In this document: piece after piece, positions 62,904-64,000 of the stretch
Position numbering within the stretch: position 1 is the first letter of the stretch
Layout of the letters: each line of letters opens with the position of its first letter
Assembly: GCF_023055435.1 (NCBI RefSeq)
Contig: NW_025963913.1
Coordinates: 13,144,001-13,208,000, forward strand
Direction of reading: 5' to 3'
Length of the DNA stretch: 64,000 bases
DNA from: Haliotis rufescens
Taxonomy: Eukaryota
The notes under the pieces: generated by a model
What the model saw: only the letters and a program-made list of their open reading frames with translations
Told to the model about the DNA's origin: nothing
The model's database searches: none
Translations under genes and position numbers: made by a program

Positions 62904-64000
62904 CAATATCTCAACTATGTCCATATCTCAACTATGCCAAATATCTCAATCATGTCCAATATCTCAGCCATGTCCAATATCTCAACTATGTTTCTAGCTC
63001 ATCCATGTCGAATATCTCGACTATGTCAAATATCTTAACTATGACCAATCTCTCAACTATGTCCAACATCTCAACTATGTCCAATATCTCAACTATGACC
63101 AATATCTCAACTATGTCCAATATCTCAACTATGTCCAATATCTCAACTATATCCAATATCTCAACTATGTCCACTCTCTCAACTATGTCCAACATCTCAA
63201 CTATGTCAAATATCTCAACTTTGACCAGTATCTCAACTACGTCCAATATCTCAACTATAAACAATATCTCAACTATGTCCAGTATCTCGACTATGACCAT
63301 TATCTCAACTGTGTCCAATATCTCAACTATGTCCAATATCTCAAATATGTCCCAGTATCTTAACTCTGTCCTAGTATCTCAACTATGTCCAGTATCTCAA
63401 CTATGTCCAATATTTCAACTGTGTCCAATATCTCAACTATGTACAATATCTCAACCATGTCCAATATCTCAACTATGTCCAATACCTTAACTATATAAAA
63501 TATCTCAACTATGACCAGTATCTCAACTATGTCCAATATCTCAGCTATGAACAATATCTCAACTATGTCCAGTATCTCGACTATGACCAATATCTCAACT
63601 ATGTCCAATATCTCAACTGTGTCCAATATTTCAACTATGTCCAATATCTCAACTATGAACAATATCTCAACTATGTCCAGTATCTCGACTATGTCCAATA
63701 TCTCAACTATGTCCAATATCTCAACTGTGTTTACTAGCTCATCTATGTCGAATATCTCAACTATGTACAATATCTCAACTACGACCAATATCTCATCTAT
63801 GTCCAATATCTCATATATATCCAATATCTCAACTATGTCCAATATCTCGACTATGACCAATATCTCAACTATGAGATATTGGACATGGTTGAGATATTGT
63901 ACATAGTTGAGATACTGGGACATAGTTGAGATATTGGACATAGTTGAGATACTGGGACATAGTTGAGATATTGGTCAACTATGTCCAATATCTTAACTAA
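62904..64000. repeat. 18-bp minisatellite with an internal inverted block; reaches the window end
   Basis: Unit tccaatatctcaactatg; reverse-orientation units at about 63872-63977. Confidence 0.95.

Noticed and set aside
63005-63941. (MSNIST)n and (IVEILD)n ORFs as mucin or TM exons
   Set aside because: Translations of the 18-bp repeat on both strands; the array changes orientation internally.

Overview
Animal genomic DNA. The SINE and minisatellite content suggests a mollusc, probably a gastropod (inference only). The right half carries a + strand L1-family (neuroglian/L1CAM/NrCAM-like) cell-adhesion gene. I could join 19 coding exons with consistent GT-AG phases (37195-62378, 3352 nt, about 1117 aa): signal peptide, 6 Ig domains and 5 FN3 domains. 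The transmembrane and cytoplasmic exons are not in the window. About 40% of the window is tandem repeat, in 15 arrays with different units (18-88 bp). There are also three SINE-type families, a deleted Tc1/mariner element, a Tc1 fragment, small MITEs and one assembly gap. Nearly all long ORFs in the supplied track are artefacts of the tandem repeats. The most unusual observations lie in the gene's introns: (1) an 88-bp array whose unit parses as an in-frame 30-nt microexon plus a 58-nt intron; (2) two arrays that amplify a real exon end together with its 5' splice site; (3) an acceptor-like array; (4) a 292-bp inverted duplication bracketing exactly the two exons (609 nt, phase-symmetric) encoding FN3-1 and FN3-2. 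Functional readings of these are hypotheses that need RNA data.
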